Source: Schmidtea polychroa
Lineage: Eukaryota
Direction of reading: 5' to 3'
Assembly: GCA_044892525.1 (NCBI GenBank)
Contig: CM097885.1
Coordinates: 240,932,001 to 240,996,000, forward strand
DNA length: 64,000 bases
Position 1 is the stretch's first letter. Every line of letters starts with the position of its first letter. Below the pieces are notes generated by a model that was not told where the DNA came from, searched no databases, and was given only the letters and a program-made list of their open reading frames with translations. The translations under genes and the position numbers were made by a program. Positions 22,554-35,822 of this stretch are shown piece by piece.

Positions 22554-25500
22554 ATAAATGTTTTAATTTGTTTTTATAAATTTATTGTTTTATTGTAATA
22601 CTTTTTGATTAAAACATATTCATTTTGTTTTAATATTTGTATTAATTTTTTAAATAGTGTTATTTATATATGGAAATTTACAATTATATATTATATACAA
22701 TTATATTTACAATTATATTTACAATTATTATAAATCATAATGATGGTTTTCTTCTGTTCATTGATTCTCCTCTGATTTTACTGCCATAATCATTTTCGAC
22801 AAAATGCAAATATAATATTTCTAGTGTCTTTGTTAATCATGCCCATTTATTGCAAAGTATTTGTTAATTATGCACTTGTATTGCAAATTTATTAGTCATA
22901 CAATTATATTATTTTTTCATGTCCTGACATAATATTATTATTTTTAATTTTATTATTATTTTGTTTAACAATACCATATAGCAAATTTTTAGGCAATTTA
23001 GTGAAATGTTATTTTAAATATAGGAATTTCTTAAGTAAAATAGATAAATTAACCTATTTAGTTAGAAATCCCTGGTTTTTGGCTGAACCATTTAATTAAA
23101 ATATTCTAGGATTCATAACAAATATTTTGATATAGTTGATACATATACCAATTATTTCAATTATTTAACTAGAAACATAACTGAATTCTTAGGTAATATA
23201 GTATTTTTTAGTGAATTTATAAATATTATCTGACATTTTGATGTATTTGACAACAAATTAATCAATAAAGACCATAGCATATTGTAAGTTTTTATATATA
23301 GTCTGAATTTATCCGACAATATATTTTGTCCCCCTATGTGTATTTGTCGTAAGGGTACTGCTTACATTCAACATGTCGCAAGGGTATATTAATTAAAGCA
23401 TATGTATATTAATTATTCTTAGGCAATTTAGTGAGAAATGGATGATCATAGATATCAGAAATTCGTGAATATTTTGAATGTAACTTACCGAATTCTCATT
23501 TCGAGCGACTAATTTATTGGTTAAATTTTTCATGTTTAGTCATTTAAAATAATATTTAGCAAAAGGTAAGATATGAATATTTAGTATTTCATAGGTAATT
23601 TATTCATCTAATGTTCATTACAATAGTTAATATAACTTCGTGAGAAATGTATGGTTATTAATATATTCATGGATATTTTTGGTAGAAAGTCTTTATCATT
23701 TGGAGTAAATTTCTGTCTATGTTCGAGACAAAAAAGAGACATAATAGAAATATGATCATTTGGTTATCATTTAACCAATTAAGGTGCTTATTAGTTAGAA
23801 ATATAGGGTTACAATTCTTTTCTAATTTAATGAGATGATCATAGGGTGTAATATATCTTTTTTGAGAAATACATGGTTAACATTTTTAAATAGGGATTTT
23901 GAGTAACCAAAACAGGGATATTTTGTGCGAATAATTTAAGAATATTGGTTAATTTTCTCTTTTTTAGTCATTTAAAATAATATTTAGCAAAGGTAATTTA
24001 GCAAAATATCATTGAAGGATTTATCCATCCGATAATAATATTCCTTCAATAGATTTTACCCTTTATTCAACCGATTTAATTTCTAGAAATCTAATTAAAA
24101 TCATAAAATTCCTTCAATAAAGATAAATTTTCTTTAGCGGTTGTCGATTTCCAACTTTTAAGTCAATATTTCTCAAGTTTTGTCACTGATATCCCCACAA
24201 TGACTAAAATAACTTTTTAAATAAAATAATTTAAAGCAATAACCTTTGATATCAATCCCAATTAATTCTAAAGATTTCAAATATTTCATTGTGAAAACCA
24301 AGTCAATTGATCATTAACCCTAAACGACTTAATAAAACAGTGGATAATTAATAAAAAACTTGTTCTAAAACATAAATTACTGTGCAATAACATTCATCAC
24401 AGCCTAATAAACGATATAATTTCACAGGAGCTATTATTAATTCATAGCTGACTATTTCCCTTTAAAATTTTACCAATAAGAACATTGTCGATTTAAATAG
24501 AGATTTCAAACATTTCCACCTTAACCAATCCCTCACCAAATATTTCTACCATTTTAAACACCCCCCCCCCTTAAAAATCATATATTACCATCTTAACCAA
24601 CCGACTTTAATATATCAGCCCTTTAATATATCAATTCTCTTAAATCCATAGAAAATTCATCAAAATATGAATATTATTTAATTGTTTCAGACATCCCTCC
24701 ATTGAAATAATTTAGTATCTAAATTCATGTAGTAAAAGCCCACTAAAAGATCAAATTTACTAAAATCAATATTTTCTACAAATATTTCGCCACATTTACC
24801 ATCAAATACCTAACTAGAGATGAAATATATTGTTTGATCATAATTCTTCATCGATTCAGCTAATTATATAGCAATTATAACGTGATATATCTTTCAAAAT
24901 CACAAATTTCAGTATATTTTACAATAATTTTTACAAAAATTAAATAATGATCACTTGATTATTGTAAAAACTCTAATTATTAACCTAACTGTCATTAAAA
25001 ATAATTTTTATTTAAAATTAAATTTAAAAACAAGTCAATAAAATATAGCAAATTATCAAGAAATTAATTAAATTTGTCTTAGAATTAACACTAAAACGTT
25101 AAATTTCAAAATATTCTTTCAATTATTCACAAAAAGGTTAGTAATAATGTTAGTAAAATCCCGCTAACTCTAAAAATTACCAATGAATTTAATGCTAAAT
25201 AATAACCAAAAATTTGCCTAAATAAAATCATTAAAACATCCCAGTACCATTACGACCAGTACCCTTACGAGCAGTACCAATTGTGAACAGTACCCATAGA
25301 GGGAGAAAATATCTTGTCGGATAAACTCAGAGTATATATAATAAAACGAATTAACAATAACTCCATCAAATTGAATCAGTCAAATTAACACAAATTTTGA
25401 TAAAAAAATCATATTCTAAAATGGTAAGAAGCGTAAAGTCGAAAGATAATTTTAATAACACCGAGATAAATTAACAATATCATTCTCAGGTGGTAAGGAT

Positions 25501-26045
25501 CTTTAAATGCATTTAAAAAAATGCATTCAAAATGCATTTATCATAATTAAATAAATCAATCAAATATTCAATAGAGGAATGTTTGAAAATTTTTAAAATA
25601 TTTATGATTTCCTTATCAGTGTAAGTATCGTGATTATTTATAAAAGCTTCAACTGTGCTGTTAAAAAATTTCAATGAACGCTTATCTTCGGAATAGGTTG
25701 GACTTAATTTTTCCATATTTCTAGTAGGACTTATATAAAAAATATTGACAAAATAATAAAGTTACTAAATGTGTTTTGTGATTTACACAATCATATTCAT
25801 ACTTGTAGAAATCATCAGTAATAAATAAATTTCTTAATAACTAAATTACTTTTGTTTTTACATTTATAAAAATTGAGATAGCCAATCAAATTAGTGTTTT
25901 ATAAAATGTAGAAATTGTAACCATGGTTGAACAATAATAATAATAAGCACGACTAGTACCCTTGCAACCTGTTGAGTGTGAGCAGTACCCATAGGGGGGA
26001 CAAAATATTTTGTCGGATAGACTAGGAGTATATATAATAATAATA

Positions 26046-26076
<31 letters not shown>

Positions 26077-26371
26077 AAATAAGAAATTTGAAGATAATTT
26101 TGAAAATGATAATAATAATATTTTATAAATAAAATAAGAATTTTGAAGAAAATAATCATGAAAATTATGAAAATGTTAAAAATAATGAAAATATAGAAAA
26201 TGATGAAAATGTTGAAAATGATGAAAACGTTAAAAATTATGGAAATGATCCTGAAAATAATCATCAAATATTGAAAATCGTAAAATGGTGCAGAAATTAA
26301 GTTTTATGAATATTTAAGTAAATAATGATAATGAAACTTCTACAATAAAATAATAATTAGAATTTTGCAAA

Positions 26372-26402
<31 letters not shown>

Positions 26403-26652
26403 AATATTGATAAAAATTTTGAAAATAATTCTTAGAAAATAATACTTTGAAAAATATTTGATGAAAAGTTCCTGAAATAATCATGAAAATGTTGAAAATC
26501 GTGAAAATATTGAAAATGTAGAAAATTATTAAAATATTCATGCAAATGATGAAAATGTTGAAAATCATGAAATTGACGTAAAAATTATGTTTTATAAATA
26601 TTTAAGTAAATAATAATAATGAAACTTCTAAAATAATAGTTAGAATTTTGCA

Positions 26653-26697
<45 letters not shown>

Positions 26698-26834
26698 GTT
26701 TAATGAGTTGTATATGTGTGTAAAAAATATTTTAGGTTTTTGACTGATATTGATAATAATCATAATATAGATAATAATAATAATAAAGTTTAATGGGTTG
26801 TGTGTGTGTGTAGAAAATATTTTAGATTTTTCAC

Positions 26835-26874
<40 letters not shown>

Positions 26875-27920
26875 TTCCGCGCGTGTTAAGACTTTAAAAG
26901 AAATATTGAAAATTTAAAAAATAATAATATTTATGCAAGGCATGTGCAATAATTATGTCTTTGTTAAATAAGTAAACTTTAGTGTCAAAATAAGTTTTTA
27001 AAATATTTTTAAATTTAAAATACCGCAACGTAATATATTTTTGTTCTACCCCTTCATTGATTTAAGTTGGTCAGAATTTAATAATAATTATATTATGCCC
27101 TTTGAGACATGTTGAATGTGAGTAGTACACTTTTGACAATTACCCATATGAGCAATACCCATAGGGGGACAAAATATTTTGTCGGATAAACTNNNNNNNN
27201 NNNNNNNNNNNNNNNNNNNNNNNNNNNNNNNNNNNNNNNNNNNNNNNNNNNNNNNNNNNNNNNNNNNNNNNNNNNNNNNNNNNNNNNNNNNNNNNNNNNN
27301 NNNNNNNNNNNNNNNNNNNNNNNNNNNNNNNNNNNNNNNNNNNNNNNNNNNNNNNNNNNNNNNNNNNNNNNNNNNNNNNNNNNNNNNNNNNNNNNNNNNN
27401 NNNNNNNNNNNNNNNNNNNNNNNNNNNNNNNNNTTGAAAATAATAATAATAATTTTGAAAATATTCCGCGCGGGCGTTAATATCTTTCCCAATAATAATG
27501 ATAAATTAAATAATTACATAATCGATAATTTAAACAAACGTGATCGATAATTAAAACAAAAAAAAATAATATAATCAACGATTTAAACAAAACGAAATTA
27601 TTGTGTAATTGATAATTAAAACAAAAAAAATAATATAATCAACGATTTAAACAAAATCTAGTGAGCTGTACCCATAAGGGGAGAAAATATTTTGTCGGAT
27701 AAACTCGGGGCAGTACCGTTTTGAGCATTACCCATAGGGGGATAAAATATTTAAAATAAAATATAATATAATCAACGATTTAAACAAAATCTAGTGAGCT
27801 GTACCCATAGGGGGAGAAAATATTTTGTCGGATAAACTCGGGGCAGTACCCTTTTGAGCATTACCCATAGGGGGATAAAATATTTTGTCGGATAAACTCG
27901 GAGTATATAGATTAATACTC

Positions 27921-27992
<72 letters not shown>

Positions 27993-28980
27993 TCTTGGGA
28001 AAATGTTAATAACTTTGCCAATATTAAAGATGGTGATGACAACAATAGCGCATTCGAAAGGTCTTGCACCAAGCTTCAAAATACGCTATCGATCGATGAA
28101 ATAAGTTGATGGGAACGATAACTTTTGGCAGGCCAAATAGTAGGTCACCGCGAGCACAAAGACATTAGAAATAATAATATTTTTAAAAATAATAATAATT
28201 ATATATCATTGATGAGTCATATGTCTTTGTTCTCAAGTCTACCTTGAATGCTTGATGAGTCATATGTCTTTGTTCTCAAGTCTACCTTGAATTCTTGATG
28301 AGTCATCGGATAAGTCATATGTCTTTGTTCTCAAGTTGAAAAAAAAAATTTTTTAATTTTTCCGGCCGGGGGGGGGGGGGTGGGGTAAAAAATGTCTTTG
28401 TGCTGGCGGTGACCTGTTTTCGCGGTGCCCAATCCATCTACTGAAATTACATTTTTAATATTCAAAATTATATTTAATTTTCAAATTATTATATAATCAT
28501 GGATTTAGATTACATATAAGAAACTAAATCAAATAGTCGGGAAATCGAAGAAATCGTGACAGGTTATTTTTTGAAAAATCTTCCGAATGTGGCTTGTTTT
28601 GCTTTTATATTCTATTACTTAACAAACTCGTAGTAGGTAGATTCTGTCTCACAAGTGCTAGTCCTAAGGGTTATGGCGCCCGATGGCTTTATTGGTACTA
28701 TATATATATACATTCATTAGAAACTATAAAACAATAAATAAAGAATATACTTCAGTGCTTTTAATTAATATTATTTCTTTTCAATTGATATTGTATTTAT
28801 TAAAAAACATCGATATATTTACTGATTCATAGTCAAGATTTTTAATAAATACAATGAATAATGTTAAACTAAGTATTTCTTTACTTAAATAATTTTTAAT
28901 AATTTCTTACAATTTTTAAATGTAGCAGTCTCAGAGGTGGTTTATTTTATTTAAAATTCAGGAAATAATATAAGTATTCA

Positions 28981-29065
<85 letters not shown>

Positions 29066-30046
29066 GAGTTTTATAATTATTTTTGTAAGATTTGATTTTG
29101 CGCTAACTCTGTGCATTCCTTTGACCAAAATAACTCAAAAGCCAACAAATAATAATGTTTATTTCAAATTATAAAATTGCACAATCAGTTGAGATACACT
29201 AGTTATATTTCAGTAAGTTTACCAATGGTAAACTGCTCAAAAGATATTTGAAACTGTTGATGCCTTGGGAATAAACAATTATTTTTCACTAACACAATCT
29301 TTATAATTGTATTTGACAATAAGTCTTCTGTTCATTATATGATTTCTGATATCGGAATTCTGACTTTTCTTTAGTTCCTGGTATCTTTAAAATTTATCTG
29401 GCACTATAAATTTGGCAAAATCCTAAAAATTAACATGATTTTTTCTAAAATACAGATTTTTTATAGTCGTTAGTTATCGATCCAAAATATTCTATTATCG
29501 CCCAATAGTGGTTTATGAGCTCTAGAAAAACTTAATTATCCACTATTGAACCTCAATCTAATAGACCATCACTGCGTCTGCCACATACCATCAACTTTTT
29601 TTGAATAATTAATTAATTTTTATTTTTGTAATATTTTTACTTGGGACATCCCACCAATTTTTATATATTATATTCGTCTGTAACCTTATATTTGATTCCC
29701 GATCATAATATCTTTTCTCTCCAAAAATACTCATTTTTGATTTTAGTTAATTTTTAATTAATTTTACTCTTAATTTAAAATTTTTGAGTTTTATATTTGA
29801 ATTTTTGTACTTTTAAATTTATTNNNNNNNNNNNNNNNNNNNNNNNNNNNNNNNNNNNNNNNNNNNNNNNNNNNNNNNNNNNNNNNNNNNNNNNNNNNNN
29901 NNNNNNNNNNNNNNNNNNNNNNNNNNNNNNNNNNNNNNNNNNNNNNNNNNNNNNNNNNNNNNNNNNNNNNNNNNNNNNNNNGTAAAGTATTTCAAACTTT
30001 CATACAAAACAAATTGTATAATAAGGTAACCAAATTTATTTTTTAA

Positions 30047-30259
30047 CCCATTTTTGCCCGAATTTTTTTCTCTCAAAATTTATAATAATTCAAATAAAAA
30101 ATCACTGCTCACATGCAAAAATAATACAAGACACGATCTCCATGCTTGCTTGCTGTAGACTGTTGCAGTCTAAACTTTTATTATGCCGAGAATAATGGAG
30201 TGGGGGGGGGGGGTAAAAATACTAAATGTTCCAATATTGGAACACTGGGCAAAAATGGG
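30047..30259. mobile_element. piggyBac-type MITE
   Basis: TIR CCCATTTTTGCCC / GGGCAAAAATGGG flanked by TTAA on both sides. Confidence 0.85.
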
Positions 30260-30989
30260 TTAATCTAAATGTACACTCAATTTCAGTTTTCAAAAATTCA
30301 CTATTATTTTCTCTAAAAAGTTAAAATGAGAGGTGTTTGTTGAAATAGAATTTCATTACAAATGGCTAAATTATACAAAATTTTATCAGTTTTTTGAATA
30401 TCATAATTGGAAAATATATTAAATAAACTATTTAATATGAAGTTGAAGATTGTAAATTTTCTTCATAAAAATGTTATGTATATAATTAAACTTTATTTAT
30501 TTAGTCTAATAGTAAATAAGAAAAAAGAAATTGAAATTTGTTATTAAATGGTGAAATAGATAAAAATATTTATTACAAATTGGAATTAGTTAATTGGAAA
30601 AGTTTTTCTGACTTAAAATTATACCATATTTAAAATATGATCAACAAATTACAATATCATCCGAATACAGTTCAGTCGGATATTATAAAAATTGGATATT
30701 GTGAAATTAGTATGGCACTAGTGCTGTACGTACCTTTTTAAGGAAATCCGTTATTATAAAATTTGATTATAATAAAGTTAATTTCTGGCAAGTTACTGTA
30801 ATTTAATATAAGCCTTATATTATAAGGGTCGGTAAACATTTTATAGAGTGCAAAATGATATTCTCTAAATAGGGAGTGGCCAAGCAACGCTCCTTCTACT
30901 TTTCATAAACAATTTTTATTTCTAAGTGATTACATATTAGTTCAATGAAATTAACTATGGTTGCAGTGTCAACATCATTTCCAATCTAT

Positions 30990-31510
30990 ATTAAAGCTTT
31001 CTTACCCTTCTCTCTCAGATAATCACTCCTAGATAGTGAGCCTTTAACTTTTGAAATTTAGCTTTAATATAATGATGTGCATCCATAATATTTAAGCAAA
31101 GTTTTTGTAAATATTTACATAACGATGTTAGTTCACTTAATACATCGTAAAGTGCAATTAATGCTACACGATATTGGGAATTATTTAGAATTTGTAAACA
31201 ATACTTACAAATAGTCTCAGTACAATATTCAACTAGTGTGTCATAATTTTTAATAAAAGCATTCAGAGCAAAAATATCTTGATAACGAGTGGACTCCATT
31301 TAAAGGTTTGAATGACATTAAATCACATTAAATAACCTCTGCCAATTTTTCAAAATTTCCTTTTTTAAAGAATATAGTATATACAATCCTAATGAAGGAC
31401 TCTGTATCGTGCATAATAGGCACATGTTTCTGCGCGCCAACTAAACTTAAATCACTTGTCGACTTAAAACTTCTGAGTATGGAACACGATAAGCTGTGAA
31501 CTCTTTGCTT
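30990..31510 (-). mobile_element. Degenerate hAT transposase fragment
   Basis: HSLS...LSLVGAQKHVPIMHDTESFIRIVYTIF, then STRYQDIFALNAFIKNY...ALYDVLSELTSLCKYLQK, matching the hAT region after CxxH. Confidence 0.65.
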
Positions 31511-33541
31511 CAACCATAGAATTGATCAAAAAGAAGAAAAAAATGTTTTAATGATTTTGATATGTATAAAAATCGAAAATGCAAAATATAGTTTTAACTT
31601 TGTGAGTAATTTCTTTTTGTCGCATGGTTTTATATTTATATATAAAGAGATAATAAGTGTATTTTAAATATTCGTAAAAAGATTAAACTTTTATAGGGAT
31701 TCCTCATTTTTTGTGCATAGAGGTCCCTGAATACCAATTCCGACCATGCCTACATTTATCATTAAAATTTTGAATTATATTTTTGCGAGTGTAATTTTTT
31801 TACACAAAAAGCTGATAGGGACAGATGTGAGTTGAGGTCTGTAGTTTGCAGGAACCTGATTTTGTATACATGAAATTATTTATCATTAATTAAAAATTAT
31901 GAATAAATAATATTGTAATTAGTTATATGTCAAATCTAGAATAATAATATGATTAATCACGTTCTGAAACTGATAAATATGATTTTAGAGGACGAATGGA
32001 TGAAAGAATGAGTTATTTAGTAATTATTTTAATGAAATTATAGTTAAAATTGTTTATAAAAACTGAAAATCAAAATTTCCAGGAAACAGATAAATCAGAA
32101 TAACTATTATATATTTTTATTATTATTAGATGACAGCTTTTACTAAACATTTAAAAAAAAATTTCTAAAATTTGTTTGTTTTTTTAAATATTGAACAATT
32201 GTAATGCAATAATACAAAATTATCAAATTGCGATCTGTCGTAAAAATTCAAATTTTTTACTTCAATAACAAATAGTTACAGTGGCGTTGCTAGGAATGGC
32301 TGACATTTGCTTGGGAGTAGTAATTTTGCTATAAAAAGACCGTTCGCTGGACATAAAATGCCGCCCCTATAGATAAAAATAGACTTGACCGGCCCAAAAA
32401 TTTGGCCAGTTTCTCAGAATCAGTAAAAGCCGAAGTACACTAGACGTTTTCTATTGTTTGCTTGAGTTTAGCACGTCTTAAAATAATGAATTGCCTGACA
32501 ACTATTAATATATTTCATCAAACATGAAGACTGTTTTGCGCATTTTTTGTTCTAGTCACATACAATATTTTTTAATGAATACATTCATAATATTTTACAA
32601 AAAATGAAAAACGAAATCTCAATTTGAAACATAATTGTAGTGTGAAATATTTAATAAAAGAATCATTCGATGGATAACCGTCTGCGCATTTGCAAAAAAA
32701 ACAAGCCATAAAGTTTTTTTTTTACCTAGGCCTCACCTTTTCGTAACGTGTTTACACTACACTTGAGTACATTAGAATAATTAATCACTAAATATGTTGA
32801 GTCATTCAACATGCGCGAGTAAAAATAACAAATATGACTGTTTAATAACATTTTGTGTCAACGCAGATGTGGACACTATCCTGACGTATTAGAAAACTAA
32901 ATGCTACGCATATAAACCATATTTATTCAAATTAGAAGCGTTTAGTCTTTACATAAAACTTATGGGTACATATCGTGAAAAGGCATATAATTTATGGTGC
33001 CTAATTACAAAGAGGCTGATACCAAATGGGAACGATGAAAAATAAATTTTTTTCTATTTTTATACGACGGTTATGTTATAGAAAGGCGAGAAAATGAATT
33101 GTTGGCAGTTTACAGAATTTACCGAATTTAATTCTTCAAATTGCAACAGCTTTTCTATTTTGAAGTGTAAACAGATACTTGAGAATAATACATTTTAAGA
33201 TATTAGGAAATTAATATGTAGGTATGTTGAAACTTGTTTTAATTCTATATTTAATATATTTCTGTAATTTTTTACGCTGTAATAATGTGTTTATTTTGTC
33301 GTGATTTATACTATTTGATATATTGTATTTTATTGTATTAGTAAATTAATTATTATTATAATTTGACAAAATATTAAAAAATATATTATAAAAAATATTA
33401 AATACAATGATTATCTATATGATATTATATGATATGTAAAAGGTATTATATGATATTAAATGAGGCCGCCTGTCCGAGAAAGTTTTGGCGTATTAAATTT
33501 TTAAATTTTATTTTATTAAATTTTATTATTACTGTTTATTA

Positions 33542-33575
<34 letters not shown>

Positions 33576-35249
33576 TATTATTATTATCATTTTTATGATT
33601 AAGTCCAGAAATAAATAAATTCTACATAGCAAGAAGTAAATAAATAAAGAAGTAAATAGTTTACTGTAGGGATAAGATTAAAAAGTTAATTTAAATGAAA
33701 TCAATTCAAGAAAATTACATTAAAAAGTTAATTTCGAAATAAAGAAAGTATTGGTAAACTTGTAGAAAACTCTTTAAGGAAATTAACCTTGGCTAATTCA
33801 ATGAGTGGTTTAATTTCATTAAAACATTACATTCACCCCAAACATTTTATTGATGATTCGGTTACAATTACAAAAGAAATATACAATAACATAGCTGGTG
33901 TCAGAAGGTAAAACAAATACACGCATTCGATAATTTTCTCAATCTCTACACCTTTTATAACACCTGTTATAGAGATTTACATGATAGAAACACTGTTGGC
34001 CGAACATTGTATGCCATATTCTTCAAAGAATCTCAGTTCTTTCATAAAACTAAACAAATAACTAAATTAAAAAATCAAACCGAAATAAAAAAAATGATCT
34101 CAAATCCAAACCACCCGAAAATGTCAAGCGATTACCAAAGAACACCCAGTATCAATCATGAAAACATAACATCGCAAAACGAAAGCAACTCCCACAAGTC
34201 TTATTCAGACAACACATTCTCAATTAATTCAATAATCAACCCAAAAGCAAACTTACCAACGAAAACTGGACTTCACAAAAATGGTTAGATTTCGCTAAAC
34301 TGACCCTAATATTGATGGGAATCAAGCCATCCAAAACCTTGTGCTTTCACATACTAGCAACAGATCAGGATTAAAAGTTAATTTTAAATAAATCGATTCA
34401 AGAAAATTGCAATAAAAATTTAATTTGGAAATAAAGAAAGAATTGGAAAACTGGTAGAAAACTAACGATGAAAATCATGAATGAAGATGAAATGCACAGA
34501 AATCAATCTCGGCTAATCCAAAGAGTGATTGGAGGTCTCATACTTTTAATTTAATAATCAATCTTGTGAAGTTAATAGTTTTATTGCTGTTCTATTATTG
34601 TTGTTATGATTATTAATTTTACTGTTAAGCAAAGAGAATTAATTTCAATAAAATATAACAGTCACCCCAAACCGCCTCGGCGCCCTTTTTATTGCTGACT
34701 CAATTGGGTCCAACAATTTCCTATCACAAACAATTACAAAACAAAATATATCCTACCACTATGCGTTAGTTATAGATTTTTAGGTTAGATTTTGTATCAA
34801 ATAATTGTATGGAGTTGGCAGAGTTAAGAATTGTCCTGAGCTGCACAAACGCTAACTACGCCGTTGACTAGTTGCGAAAGAGAGAAGGACAAGACTAATC
34901 AGGTAGATTTTTTTAATTAAATTAATTAAAAAGTTAATTAGATTTTTTAAAATAGACAAACTTAAAAAAATTTTCATCAGTTTCAGCGGAATAATTTCAA
35001 ATATGTTTAAGGGTTAGGCACTTGAGAGGGAATTGAATATATGTTAGGAATCTAGAGCAAAATTTCTATTATGTAAAAATTTTTAAGTTATATTATCTTC
35101 ATTTTCTCAGGATATAGATTTATTTTTATTTCTACACAACTTCATACATATGGTTACACGGAAAAAAGCTTTCCATAATAAAATTAATACATTTTATAAT
35201 TGTATCAACGCACCAACTTACCTGTGTGTTGAAAATTTTGTTATACTAG

Positions 35250-35822
35250 AATTTGCAGAGCTATCTAGTGATACAAGCTTGTGACTCAGATTTTCTCAAG
35301 TACCGGTACATGAATTTTGGATAGAAATCAAATTAGAATATCCACTACTATCACAAATGGCAATAAACAAATTACTGCCATTTTGTACAACGTATTTATC
35401 GGAATCAGCCTTTTCCACGTTAACATACATAAAATCAAGATATCGTTCAACTTTAATAAACGTTGAAAATGTATTGCGAACTGCACTAACAAAATTGAGT
35501 CTAGATTTAATTATTTGTGTAAAAATAAGCAAGCACATCCGTCACATTAATATTGTTTCATGTTAATAATATTTGGACGTTCTTATATTTAAGAAAACTT
35601 GTTACGAAAGTTTGTTTTTTCTATTGACTATATATTTGAAATAAATGGCTATGTATTCTTTAATCCTTACTTTATTGACATTGTAAAATCTACATTGTAA
35701 ATTCTACAATGTCGCGATATTACATCTACGGTCAATATAGATTTCATTATATGGAGGAGGGGCCGTTTAAGATTTCCTAGGCTTGAAGGGAGTTGCTATA
35801 TGAAAAAGTTTAAGAAGCCCTG
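35250..35822 (+). mobile_element. hAT (Charlie/Buster) 3' remnant
   Basis: VHEFWIEIKLEYPLLSQMAINKLLPFCTTYLSESAFSTLTYIKSRYRSTL; right TIR AAGTTTAAGAAGCCCTG. Confidence 0.85.

Larger units (their letters stand above)
18236..28442. mobile_element. Non-autonomous Maverick/Polinton-like element 2 (~10.2 kb) with multi-kb repeat-rich arms
   Basis: Starts AGTAGATGGATTGGGCACCGCG and ends CGCGGTGCCCAATCCATCTACT. Arms ~18236-22123 and ~26015-28442 are inverted copies and share motifs with element 1. The left TSD is hidden by an N-run. Confidence 0.8.

Noticed and set aside
24600-24860. FDEFSM as the Walker B motif of a PIF1-type helicase
   Set aside because: No convincing Walker A upstream and too many stops to support the call.
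27850-27900. Cassette read as a zinc-finger linker (HRGENIL, like HTGEKP)
   Set aside because: No CxxC/HxxxH pattern, and stops occur in the frames checked.
32279-33460. CAGTGGCGTTGCTAGG start as a complete hAT element
   Set aside because: Looks like a hAT left end, but no matching right TIR, TSD or readable transposase was found.
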